DNA from: a virus
Direction: 5' to 3' (one strand)
DNA length: 64,000 nt
IMG/VR virus record: IMGVR_UViG_3300036770_004511
Coordinates: 3,672-67,671 of that record
Part shown: piece by piece, positions 49,668 through 59,380 of the stretch
Position numbering within the stretch: the first letter of the stretch is position 1
How the letters are laid out: each line of letters opens with the position of its first letter
Translations under genes and position numbers: made by a program
Notes under the pieces: model-generated
Database searches by the model: none
The model's input: the letters and a program-made list of their open reading frames with translations, nothing else
Told to the model about the DNA's origin: nothing

Positions 49668-50843
49668 TTACTGGAATGATAGGTTTTGCATAGCGATCTC
49701 AGAAACGTAGTCGCCTGCGTTACCAAGAGAGCTTGCTGTATTTGTTAGCTCTACGTAGCCGTAGCGTGTCATAAAGCCAACTACTGGTTCAAATGTAGCT
49801 GGATCAAGTACAACACCACTGCTCATTAGAGGAACATATGGGCAATAGAAAGCGGCTGCATCAGCTTCGCTGGTACCTTTGTAACCAACTAGAACTGGTG
49901 TAGTATCGCTAGCATAGCTGTCAACATAAACCTTCATTGCGCCATTTAGTGTACCAACAAACTTGGTGTTAGTTGGAGCTTCGAATGTGCCTTCTGTTGT
50001 ACGAGCAAATGCTGAAGTTGTTGCGCTTTGTAGCACTGTTAATGCAGCAGGACTCACAACTGCCCAGTTTGCAGCACCACGACGTGTGCGTTGAGCGATA
50101 CGATTCGCTGCACGATTGATTAGAACTGCTAGAGCAGCATGTTCATCACCAACGAATGTAGCTGTACCACTTACTGCGGCTTGGTTGTAGGTTTCTTCTG
50201 TTGCTGCTAGACTACGCAAGCTGGCTAGGATTTCTTGGTCGATTTCAACTGTGATTTCCTGTGCTAGAGCTGCCATGATTTCGGCCTCAACATCTAGACC
50301 ATGCATAGCTTGTGCGTCTTGTGCTGCTTCGAATGTCCAACGAGCACTTAACTTACGTGTTTTAGCTTCAACTGTTTGCTTTAAGATCTGCACGTTGATC
50401 TTACGACCTGCAACACCTTCAAAAGCAGCAGTTGAATCAGCACGACTGGTACTTAGGTTACCAGAATATGCTGTAGCAATACGGAATGGGCTTAGTGCCT
50501 CATCACCGGCTGTTGCACCGTCTGCAGATGTAGTAGCAGTCGCAGTGTCAGCATAACGTACACGTAGTGTATGGATTTGTGCAACTGGACCAGTCATTGG
50601 CTGAACACCAACGATTTCGTTAGCAATAACGGTTGGCATTACACGACGGATCACTGGTAGAATCACACGGTTTAATGTAGCGATCTGACCAGCACTGGTT
50701 GTGCCAGCTGTTGCTGTTTCCATCAAGTTTTTACGAGTATTCTCGAGAATCACGCTCATGCTTGTGCGGCGCGAGCCTTGTAAGCCTTCTAGCAGGGCAT
50801 CTTTAGTTTCGCCCCAACGGCTTTCTAATAGTTCTTGTGTCAT
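49668..50843 (-). CDS. gp23: Major capsid protein, T4 gp23-like
   Basis: LPVIRRVMP..IANEIVGVQPMTGPV, TVEAKTRKLSARWTFEAAQD, EITVEIDQE, GYKG..E.DA..FYCPYVPL, FMTRYG. Confidence 0.97.
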   Translation of the reverse strand: MTQELLESRWGETKDALLEGLQGSRRTSMSVILENTRKNLMETATAGTTSAGQIATLNRVILPVIRRVMPTVIANEIVGVQPMTGPVAQIHTLRVRYADTATATTSADGATAGDEALSPFRIATAYSGNLSTSRADSTAAFEGVAGRKINVQILKQTVEAKTRKLSARWTFEAAQDAQAMHGLDVEAEIMAALAQEITVEIDQEILASLRSLAATEETYNQAAVSGTATFVGDEHAALAVLINRAANRIAQRTRRGAANWAVVSPAALTVLQSATTSAFARTTEGTFEAPTNTKFVGTLNGAMKVYVDSYASDTTPVLVGYKGTSEADAAAFYCPYVPLMSSGVVLDPATFEPVVGFMTRYGYVELTNTASSLGNAGDYVSEIAMQNLSFQ

Positions 50844-50867
50844 TTATATTCCCTTTAGGTTAAACTA

Positions 50868-51968
50868 TTATTTCAACCCTGCCAAACGCTTGAGTTCAAC
50901 AACGTTGTTCTCTGTAGCAGTTTCTTGGGCTGCTGCTGGTTTAGCAGTTTTATCCCCTGTGACTTCTGTACGGCTTTCAGTTAGAGCATGACGCTCTTCT
51001 TTCTTGCCAGTATTCAGAACAGCAGGAAGATACTTTTCAAATGCAGTCTTCAATTTTGGAGTCTGCACACCTTCTAGAAGTTCACGCATTACCGCTTGCT
51101 TCTCTTTTATTAGAGTTCCAAGTAGCTCGTCCATTACTGCACGGCGATCTTGAGTCTCTTTGATCACGCGGATCTCGCGTTCTTTTGATTCAACAATACG
51201 CTCAGCTTGTGATTTGGCTGTGGCCATCTCAGCAAGTTGTGTTGTTTGTTGTTCGATAACTTTCCTTAGCTTTTGTAGCTCTTTGCTTTCATTGAGATGT
51301 GTCAATGAAAACTCACTGGCAAATGCTTCGAAAATACGACGCCCAAACATGTTCTCGCGAGCAAGTTGGATGTCTTCTTTGAGTTGATTTAATTCTGCAC
51401 CCAGCTTCTGGCTTACTGATTCTTTGACTAGGCGTGCGCTTTGCTCAATAAAACGCTTTTGGATTGATTCTAGTTTGTTTTTGGCTTCCGCTACTAAACG
51501 AACTTTGGTCTCAACCACAGCTTTCTTATCTTGAGAGAATTCACGAATTTCTTCAGCCAACGCACGAACAATAAATTTTTCGAGACGTTGATAATTCTCT
51601 TTTTGCATTTTACGGTCTTTGTGTAGTTCTTTAACTTCTTCGGCTAGTTTTGTAACCATGAAGTCATTGAAACGACCTGCGCTTTCGACCATGTGATTTT
51701 TTAACTTCACACGATCTTCTACCATAGCCTGTTTCTCGCCTACAAATTCTTCAATTTCTTTAGCGAGACTATCAGTAACCATCTTGTCTAGTGCTTCAAC
51801 CATTACTTGCTTGTCATGCTCATAGCGTGTGGCCATTTCCTCGCGGAGTTCGGCACGAATCTGGTCACGAGCTTCTACTAATTTAGCTTCCCAAGCTTCG
51901 TTGATGGCTGACTTAGTATCTTCGTTAATTAGACCGCTATCCAGCAATGGTTTCAAAGCGTCAAACAT
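50868..51968 (-). CDS. gp22: Prohead core scaffolding protein, T4 gp22-like
   Basis: Coiled-coil, E/K-rich; lies between protease and capsid genes; ends LKRLAGLK. Confidence 0.85.
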   Translation of the reverse strand: MFDALKPLLDSGLINEDTKSAINEAWEAKLVEARDQIRAELREEMATRYEHDKQVMVEALDKMVTDSLAKEIEEFVGEKQAMVEDRVKLKNHMVESAGRFNDFMVTKLAEEVKELHKDRKMQKENYQRLEKFIVRALAEEIREFSQDKKAVVETKVRLVAEAKNKLESIQKRFIEQSARLVKESVSQKLGAELNQLKEDIQLARENMFGRRIFEAFASEFSLTHLNESKELQKLRKVIEQQTTQLAEMATAKSQAERIVESKEREIRVIKETQDRRAVMDELLGTLIKEKQAVMRELLEGVQTPKLKTAFEKYLPAVLNTGKKEERHALTESRTEVTGDKTAKPAAAQETATENNVVELKRLAGLK

Positions 51969-51979
51969 TGCGGTTTCTC

Positions 51980-52618
51980 CTATAGTTTTAAGTCTCTAAT
52001 TAGACGAACAACTTCGTCCTTAAGAAACTTTTGCACTTTTTGATTTTCCCTAACGTCATCTGCCATTTCTAATACACGATGTCCATGACGCATGTTCATT
52101 AGACCTTCGTAAATGGCTTTTGGATACGCATGCGGAGCACTTGGCTGCGCTACTATATCTACTGTGACGATTTCAAATTCACTGACGTGCCCAGTGGATT
52201 CGCTGACATTGCCGCTACCGCGGCTTGAAACACCCAACTTAACACCACTTTCTAACATGGTCTTAACGAGTTGCCCCATGGGTGTTGGCAGAATCTTCAG
52301 TTTGCCGTGGCCGGCTGGACCATCCATCCACATTTGTTCAATCATGTGGCTGACACGATCTAGGTTGATTTTAAGATCATCGGGATGATCTACTTCACCT
52401 AATACTGAATATCCGCTCTTGATCTGTTCATTGATTGTAGTAACTGCTTTAGCAATTTCGTTAACAGGGTAAACACGCTGGTTAGCATTCTTTACCCCGC
52501 CCTCAATGAATATACCTTTCATGTACAGGTTTTTACCGGAGCCGTCACTGTTATCCTCATGCAAGACTTGCATCTTGGCATGATCAAATGTGAGCTGTTC
52601 TCTTAGGTAATGTGCCAT
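51980..52618 (-). CDS. gp21: Prohead protease, T4 gp21-like
   Basis: GIF....KNANQRVYP, LGEVDHP, RVSHMI, TPMG, LGVSSRGSG, DIVAQPSAP. Confidence 0.95.
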   Translation of the reverse strand: MAHYLREQLTFDHAKMQVLHEDNSDGSGKNLYMKGIFIEGGVKNANQRVYPVNEIAKAVTTINEQIKSGYSVLGEVDHPDDLKINLDRVSHMIEQMWMDGPAGHGKLKILPTPMGQLVKTMLESGVKLGVSSRGSGNVSESTGHVSEFEIVTVDIVAQPSAPHAYPKAIYEGLMNMRHGHRVLEMADDVRENQKVQKFLKDEVVRLIRDLKL

Positions 52619-52625
52619 GGATTAA

Positions 52626-53507
52626 TTAGCCCTTGCTACCTACTAGGCTCTTCTTGTCTACACCCATGCTACCACTGGTTGTTTGACCTTCTTTGCCTTT
52701 GGCTTTTTCATAGCTGGTATTTTTCTTGTTGTACCAATCTTGTGCACCTTTGTTACCGCCCGGAACGTTTACGTTACGCTTGGCTAACTCATGCTCGGTT
52801 TGACCCTTGCTGTATGCATTGTTTGGTTTTGGTGTTGGCTTGCCATCAGCGGCTTGCTCTGTTCCACCTTTGACAATGTTAGCATTGCTGCCACCCATGT
52901 CATTTTTCATGTTATCTGTGATGCTCTTGGCATTGATTGGCTGGCTTCCGCCTGCACCAACTTCATGTCCTTCGCTGTCAACTGGTGGACGCTGTACTTT
53001 GTCTACATATTCACGTACCATGGCTTCTTTAGGTTCGCCCATGTCGTCGCCCATGTCATTACCTGGCATTTCCATGTCAGCATGCTCTGGCTCGTCCATT
53101 TCGTCACTCATTAGTGCATCAAATTCAGCTTTGAGCTCATCTAGTGCAGCTTCGAGATCCATTACGCGATCTTCGATGTTATCCTCGCCACCCATTTCAT
53201 CGCCCATTTCGCCGCCCATGTCGTCTCCGCCCATGTCGTCTGCAGGCATTTCCATGTCAGCATCCATCTCGCCGCCCATGTCATCCATTTCGTCATCGGC
53301 TTCAGCCATACCCATTTCGTCTTCGGCTTCTACTTCGTCGACTAGGTTGCCTACTGGATCTACAATACTTTCTTCAACGTCTTCTTCGTCAATGAGATTC
53401 TCATAAATCTCACGGCTCTTCTCTACTACGATTTGATGAAAGAGTTCGCGAGCCTTAGCATCTTGCTCATTGATAATGTATTCAATCAACTGCTCATACT
53501 TGTTCAT
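52626..53507 (-). CDS. Highly acidic prohead core-like protein
   Basis: ARELFHQIVVEKSREIYE; D/E/M/G-rich middle; IEDRVMDLEAALDELKAEFD; occupies the gp67/gp68 position. Confidence 0.7.
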   Translation of the reverse strand: MNKYEQLIEYIINEQDAKARELFHQIVVEKSREIYENLIDEEDVEESIVDPVGNLVDEVEAEDEMGMAEADDEMDDMGGEMDADMEMPADDMGGDDMGGEMGDEMGGEDNIEDRVMDLEAALDELKAEFDALMSDEMDEPEHADMEMPGNDMGDDMGEPKEAMVREYVDKVQRPPVDSEGHEVGAGGSQPINAKSITDNMKNDMGGSNANIVKGGTEQAADGKPTPKPNNAYSKGQTEHELAKRNVNVPGGNKGAQDWYNKKNTSYEKAKGKEGQTTSGSMGVDKKSLVGSKG

Positions 53508-53602
53508 TAGGGACTCCTATTAAAATTAAGTATTACTATATTAGATATTTACATAGAATTGTAATATCTGGTGTCAAATGGTGGTATTTTGAGCTATTTT
53601 GA

Positions 53603-53833
53603 CTACAGAGTCGGCGCAGCACCAGCTTCTACCGCTGGTTTATACTGCTTGCTAAGGCTCTCGACCTTCTTTTGCTCTTCGTATTTTTTGAGGTCGTTCA
53701 TCATACGCAGGCGTTTAATTTGTGCCAGTGTAAGTCGACTCTTACGCAACTCGCCCATCTTTTTAGCACTGTTATCCTGCTTTTCGTCCCGGTATGGTTC
53801 GGGAATATCTTCAAAAATATCTGCAATAAACAT
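53603..53833 (-). CDS. Small head-module protein (76 aa, start corrected to MFIADIF)
   Basis: ATG at 53833, 4 nt after TATAAATA (53838-53845); RKSRLTLAQIKRLR motif; the longer start would overlap the portal gene. Confidence 0.75.
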   Translation of the reverse strand: MFIADIFEDIPEPYRDEKQDNSAKKMGELRKSRLTLAQIKRLRMMNDLKKYEEQKKVESLSKQYKPAVEAGAAPTL

Positions 53834-53846
53834 ATGGTATTTATAT

Positions 53847-55574
53847 CTATTGCGCCGCTGCGGCCGGTGCTGGTGCTGCCGCCCCTGCTGGCGATCCACC
53901 TATGCCAGGAGCAGCACCAGGTTGTGGGAGTCCACCCTCGGCTCCTGCCTCTGGCCCACCCACTGCCGGCATGCTATCTAGTGCCTCGATATCAGAACTA
54001 ATGCCCCCCGGAGTAATTCCTACACTACGTAAACCAACCTCGGCTCCCGAATCCTCTGCGGTTTCGCCCTGTTCCTGCAGCCACATTTCTTGGTTTTCTG
54101 TCATTTCTTCTTCAGTTAGGCCTAGATAACGCTTCATTAAAAAACGTTTACTGAAGTAAGGTATTTGTTCTAATTGTCCAAAAACACCTATTCTAGCTGC
54201 ATCAATTTCAACCTGACGATGCTGTGCAAAGTTTTGCGGTTCATTTAATCGTAGTTCGAACAGTTGATTTTCAATGTTTATGCCACGCCAACGCATAAAC
54301 ATCTTAAATTCTTTATCCAACGTACCGCAAATCATGTTTTGCAGACGCATACAATACCTATTAAAACGCCATTCCTGAATCAGTGCAGTACCCACACGCC
54401 CATCGTTATAGGTTTGAGTTCCATCTTCACTGCCTGTTGGCAAATAACTACTAGGAATACGTAGACCACGGAATAATTTATTAGTAAAAAATCTTAAGTC
54501 AGTGATCTCGCCCAGATTTTGTCCGCCTGCTAGTGTTTCTACGCTACTTCCACGGCCTTCTGCTGTTTGCGGGAAAAAGTAATCTTCGTTAGTACTCAAT
54601 GGATTATAGGTAGCATCCATCATATTAGCACTACCACCTGTTTGAGTAGGTATTCTACGTTGATGAATTTCGTTTTTAATCTTTTCCACAAAGGCCATGG
54701 CCATGTGTGTAGGCATGTTACCTACGTCAATCTTAAAGATCCTACGTTCCGGTGCTCTTTGCACACGATAGATAATAATAGCATCCTCTAGTAGTTCCTT
54801 TTGTTTGAATACTTTGAAGATGTTTTCTAATACGCTGTTACCAAAAGGCCAAAATATATCTAAACCTTCTGTTAAACTGAGATGTACTACATGTTCTGCG
54901 TTAATACCTACTTCGTTTTGTGCATGACTAAACCTGCTGCCGCCGGTAAAAGGTGCACTAGGTTGTATATAAGCACCATTGGGCCCACCAACCTGTGGAT
55001 GATTAATGTAGGTATCTGACGTACTAACCACTGTTACAGTTAAATTTTGTAAATTAGGCTGTATTTCTTTAACCACATACTGCTCAGGTTCTTTGCCTTC
55101 TGCTTCATTTACAATAACTTTAGTAACTTTACTCATTTCAACCCAGTAAAGTTTGAAAGTTTCCGGATCTCTAATGAATATCTGATCTCCATACTTGATA
55201 GTATTACGTACTATCTTAAAGATACGCTTATTAAATTCATTAAGAGTTACCCATTGCTGCAACTGTTCTTTAATAATATCCACTTCTGTATCAGTGGGCT
55301 TATCATTGAAATGTATACTAAAAGGTAGTTGAGTGGTATCGTCTAACTGGCTGCTGAACTCTGCTAGAATATCTAAAGCCGCATTGATTTCTGAATCCAT
55401 GTCCATCTGTTCGTACTGATTATAGCGTTCAACACGATTAGGATGCCCTGTATAGACTTCAGGTAAATTGCTTTGATAATTACGATACGTAGGAGTTCCG
55501 GATCCCGAAGTACCAGTGCCTGCAGGATTAGTTAGTGCCGAATTAGGCGCCTTAAAATATTTTTTCCAACTCAT
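53847..55574 (-). CDS. gp20: Portal protein, T4 gp20-like
   Basis: LEDAIIIYRVQRAPERRIFKIDVGNMP, EDYFFP...GRGSSVETL.GG.NLGEI.D..FF..KL.RGL.IP. Confidence 0.96.
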   Translation of the reverse strand: MSWKKYFKAPNSALTNPAGTGTSGSGTPTYRNYQSNLPEVYTGHPNRVERYNQYEQMDMDSEINAALDILAEFSSQLDDTTQLPFSIHFNDKPTDTEVDIIKEQLQQWVTLNEFNKRIFKIVRNTIKYGDQIFIRDPETFKLYWVEMSKVTKVIVNEAEGKEPEQYVVKEIQPNLQNLTVTVVSTSDTYINHPQVGGPNGAYIQPSAPFTGGSRFSHAQNEVGINAEHVVHLSLTEGLDIFWPFGNSVLENIFKVFKQKELLEDAIIIYRVQRAPERRIFKIDVGNMPTHMAMAFVEKIKNEIHQRRIPTQTGGSANMMDATYNPLSTNEDYFFPQTAEGRGSSVETLAGGQNLGEITDLRFFTNKLFRGLRIPSSYLPTGSEDGTQTYNDGRVGTALIQEWRFNRYCMRLQNMICGTLDKEFKMFMRWRGINIENQLFELRLNEPQNFAQHRQVEIDAARIGVFGQLEQIPYFSKRFLMKRYLGLTEEEMTENQEMWLQEQGETAEDSGAEVGLRSVGITPGGISSDIEALDSMPAVGGPEAGAEGGLPQPGAAPGIGGSPAGAAAPAPAAAAQ

Positions 55575-55598
55575 AATATTTGTATTTATGGGTACCTA

Positions 55599-58484
55599 TT
55601 AAACTGTGTTATTAAGTATCTGCTGCTGGATACTACGTAAATCTTGCATAATACTGTTCATCTGTTCCTGTTGTTGTACCATTAAACTATTAATACTCAA
55701 TTGATCTTTAAGCACCTTGGTCATTTCTGTGGTTTGAGTTGCTGTGATTTGAGTGTTAGGAGTATCTGTAGGAGCAGAATTATTTTGCAATATCTGGGAA
55801 ATCTGAGAAACAAGAGTTTCGGCACCGACAAAACTATTCTGACCAACTGCTTCTACTGCTTCTCGTGCCATCAAAGAATTCGATCTCATCTGCTGCTGCA
55901 CAGGCCCAACTATACCATTTAAGGCAGATACCAGCATAGCAGCGTCTGGGCTGCTACCAGAATTAAGTAATTTTAATAAATCATTGGGCACAATAGAACC
56001 AGACAAGCCCGGTACAAATAATTCTGGTCCTTCTTCACCTACAATATACGGCTGGCTCCCACGCACTGATCCCCCACGGGCACGACCTTCTACGCCCTCA
56101 GAATCCATAAACTTCATCACAGTGTCGTATAAAAACTCACCCAGTGCCTCACCGGCAAGGCTACCAAGATAACCTCCCACTGCGGCTCCTACTGGCCCAC
56201 CAAGTAAACCGGCTATGCCTCCTACAAACTTACCAGCCAGACCACCAAATGCTTTGCCCTTAGGTACAGCTTTGGCACCGCCAGGCTTAGGTTGTTTATT
56301 GGCATCCCCAGGGGGAGGTGTTTTACCAGGGCCACCAGTGACCACATCTGCTACAGGGTTAGACCCCATGACAATAACATAGTATGGATTTTGTGCCGAA
56401 CCATTGGGAGCACCGAGATCTGGTTTACCACCAGTGCCTAGTACTGCTCCTAGTGCGCCTTTGAGCCCGTCTTTCTGAAATCCTTTGAGCATGTCAGGAA
56501 TTTTTTCACCAGCCGCTTTACCTACTTTGTATCCTGCTATACCACCTACACCCATCCCGGCATACTTTCCGCCGGTCCCTGCAACTTCTTTACCGTCAAC
56601 ACCACCTAACATATTTTTAATTTTTTCAACTATGCTGCCGGTGCCAGTGATTAAATTATTAAACTGTGATAAGATACCACGTATAGCAGCACCTATGCCT
56701 TCTATGTCTAGTGCTCCTGCTAACTTTTTAAGTCCGTCAGCAATGGTATTGACATTATCCGACAGGGCGTTGCCAAATTCCTGCATTAGTTTAGATATAG
56801 TGCTTTCTACTAATACTCTTAGTTCTTGGGCTCGCTGCTGAATTGTTGTAATAACATTAGTTAACGGATCTTTTTTGTCGGCTTCGGCGCCTTCTTTAAT
56901 TTGCTTTAATTGAGAATCGATGGCTTCTTTAGTGGCTTTGCTAGCGTAACTCATTGTATCTAGCATTAATTTACTGACTTCCCCTGCTAGACTGTCGGGT
57001 TTCGCAAAGGCTGCTAGGGCCATTGCTTCTTGGCTTTGCATACTTTGACGTATGGTTTCGCCATTGGCTTTCATGTACTCTGCCACTTGGCCAACACTGG
57101 CGTTACCTGTCTTAGCACCGTCGGCTAGCATTTCAGCCAGACGTTTCATTTCAGGACTGCTGTTGGCCAACACTGCTAACGCAGGAGTTATAATTGTGCC
57201 AGTATTAGCAATTTCAATGGCCATCTTACGTGCAGCCGCCGGTGCTGCTGCCATGGCTTGTTCGACTTGAGTTCTTTGTTCGCCTGTTAATTTGTTTAGC
57301 TGTTGCTGGAAACGCAGATTCATCATGTCTTGACGAGCCTGCTCCATTTTCTTTTTGGCATCTTCACCGGTTATGGATGCAATTAAACGCAGGTTTTGGG
57401 CATATTTTTCAGTTTGGATAGCAACTTCTCTGTCGCTGGCCTTAAGAGGACCAGCCATGCCAGCCATGCTACGCATGGTCTCGGCTACTAGACCAGCTTG
57501 TTCTTCAACGCTGTAGCCTAAATTCAACAACCTGCGCTGCATTTCCGCGCCACCTTGTGCTAGAGCTTTGCTTAATCTCCGAGACCCTTCAGTCACACCT
57601 AGGCCTGCTGCTGCAATATTATTTGCATTTTCGCTAACTACTCGACTAAATTGTTCTAAGGTTAATCCGCCTTGATGTGCTGTTTTTAGCATGTCGCCTA
57701 AGCCACCAGCAAAGGCAGCACCTGCACGGTTTAACCCTTGGAATGACTTTACATAACTATCAATTTGGGCAGTGAGCATTTCAAATGCACCAACTGCTAC
57801 GCCGCCTACTACACCAACTACTGCACCAAAGGCTTTGCCTAAGCCACCCAGTAAAGAACTGATTACTTTACCTAAACCAGGAAATACAATACCTACTAGA
57901 TTACCAACTACACCACCTAAACTACCAAAAACTCCACCTGCAGCCTGTGCTGCACTGGTTAAAATCTTAATCCCTGACGAAAATAAACCTGTGAATAACC
58001 GAGTATCACTGCCACTTTGTGTGAGATTAGTAACAATATCTTTGGTTACGCCAGCTAGATCCTTGGCAAACGTATATCCTGTGGTAACCAAACTACTGGC
58101 AAAATTTACTGTGGCACGTTTGGTGTTTTCCCAACCTGCTTGAATCTCAACTTCTCGTTTTTTGGCTTTGAGTAATCTACGTTCTTCATCGTCAGTAGAA
58201 TCGTTAATAGCTTGTTGCAGTCCATCTAAGTTAGCAGTAACATCTTTGTACTGCATAGAGCCAGTTCGGAAAAACTCAGACCACTTAGCAGCAGACTCGG
58301 TGCTGGTTTTTAGACTTCCTTTGAATCGATCTAGATCTTTTACCAGTGCACGAAGACGTTCTCGCTCGGCCTTTTGTTCAGGTGTTTCCTGTGCGGCAGC
58401 CCCAGCACCGGGTCGCCCAGCCAAACCATCGGCTACACCTTGAGCAATGCTTTGTTGTAGACGATCGTAATCAAAATCTGCCAT
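55599..58484 (-). CDS. Tape measure protein
   Basis: 961 aa, helical and A/G/L-rich with hydrophobic Gly-rich stretches; RARGG.V...PYIVGEEGPELFVP...G.IVPN motif. Confidence 0.75.
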   Translation of the reverse strand: MADFDYDRLQQSIAQGVADGLAGRPGAGAAAQETPEQKAERERLRALVKDLDRFKGSLKTSTESAAKWSEFFRTGSMQYKDVTANLDGLQQAINDSTDDEERRLLKAKKREVEIQAGWENTKRATVNFASSLVTTGYTFAKDLAGVTKDIVTNLTQSGSDTRLFTGLFSSGIKILTSAAQAAGGVFGSLGGVVGNLVGIVFPGLGKVISSLLGGLGKAFGAVVGVVGGVAVGAFEMLTAQIDSYVKSFQGLNRAGAAFAGGLGDMLKTAHQGGLTLEQFSRVVSENANNIAAAGLGVTEGSRRLSKALAQGGAEMQRRLLNLGYSVEEQAGLVAETMRSMAGMAGPLKASDREVAIQTEKYAQNLRLIASITGEDAKKKMEQARQDMMNLRFQQQLNKLTGEQRTQVEQAMAAAPAAARKMAIEIANTGTIITPALAVLANSSPEMKRLAEMLADGAKTGNASVGQVAEYMKANGETIRQSMQSQEAMALAAFAKPDSLAGEVSKLMLDTMSYASKATKEAIDSQLKQIKEGAEADKKDPLTNVITTIQQRAQELRVLVESTISKLMQEFGNALSDNVNTIADGLKKLAGALDIEGIGAAIRGILSQFNNLITGTGSIVEKIKNMLGGVDGKEVAGTGGKYAGMGVGGIAGYKVGKAAGEKIPDMLKGFQKDGLKGALGAVLGTGGKPDLGAPNGSAQNPYYVIVMGSNPVADVVTGGPGKTPPPGDANKQPKPGGAKAVPKGKAFGGLAGKFVGGIAGLLGGPVGAAVGGYLGSLAGEALGEFLYDTVMKFMDSEGVEGRARGGSVRGSQPYIVGEEGPELFVPGLSGSIVPNDLLKLLNSGSSPDAAMLVSALNGIVGPVQQQMRSNSLMAREAVEAVGQNSFVGAETLVSQISQILQNNSAPTDTPNTQITATQTTEMTKVLKDQLSINSLMVQQQEQMNSIMQDLRSIQQQILNNTV

Positions 58485-58495
58485 GTTTTTGGTAA

Positions 58496-58521
58496 TAAAT
58501 ATCTATATATCAACTTATTTA
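58496..58521. promoter_or_regulatory. Face-to-face pair of T4-like late promoter elements
   Basis: TAAATA on + at 58496-58501 and on - at 58516-58521 within a 50-bp divergent intergenic region. Confidence 0.6.
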
Positions 58522-58534
58522 TGGAAATCAAACT

Positions 58535-59380
58535 ATGGAAAACCAGCAGCCTAATCCGCTAAGTCGCTATTTTCGACAACCTGCTATATATCTTAAACTG
58601 CCCAGTGAAGGACAATGGTGGCAACCGGGCTCGTTAGATCTCCCAGATAATAAAGAGTTACCCATTTATCCCATGACTGCCAGGGACGAAATCATATTAA
58701 AAACACCTGACGCATTAATGAATGGGCAGGGCATGGTAGATGTTATACAAAGTTGTGTACCAAACATTAAAAACGCTTGGGCTTGCCCCAGTGTTGACCT
58801 AGACGCTATATTAATTGCTATACGCTTGGCTACCTATGGCAATAGCATGGATTTTGAAAGCACCTGCACTCAATGTAACAGCAAAAATCTGCATGGTATA
58901 AACCTAACAGAGCCCTTAAGTGCTATACAGTGCCCAGATTTTGGCAAGTACGTGCGCTACAAAGATCTTAACATACGCTTGAAGCCACAAAATTACAAAC
59001 AAATCAGTGAAGCAGGACAGATTACCTACGAAGAACAACGTATTAATAGTGCACTGATAGATCAAGAAATGCCAGAAGCAGAAAAAAATCGCATGCTGAC
59101 AGAAAGTATTAAACGATTAATAGATCTAGGTATACAGGCTTGCAGCAATAGCACAGAATATATCGAAACCAATGGTCAACATGTAACCGAACGTGAATTC
59201 ATTGACCAATTCTATAGCAATGCCGAAGCTGAAGTTATTAAGTTGCTACAAACTAGAAACGCAGAGATCACACAAGACAGTCGTATCCCGCCATTTAATC
59301 TACAGTGTGAAAGTTGTAATCAAACTTATCAAGCGGAACTAACATTTGATTATTCAAATTTTTTCGCGCAAGGCTTTTAA
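58535..59380 (+). CDS. T4 gp26-like baseplate hub / tail assembly chaperone
   Basis: Y.KLPS.G, YPMTARDE, DLDAILIAIRLATYG, two CxxC pairs (CTQC, CESC), ends ...NFF. Confidence 0.75.
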   Translation: MENQQPNPLSRYFRQPAIYLKLPSEGQWWQPGSLDLPDNKELPIYPMTARDEIILKTPDALMNGQGMVDVIQSCVPNIKNAWACPSVDLDAILIAIRLATYGNSMDFESTCTQCNSKNLHGINLTEPLSAIQCPDFGKYVRYKDLNIRLKPQNYKQISEAGQITYEEQRINSALIDQEMPEAEKNRMLTESIKRLIDLGIQACSNSTEYIETNGQHVTEREFIDQFYSNAEAEVIKLLQTRNAEITQDSRIPPFNLQCESCNQTYQAELTFDYSNFFAQGF

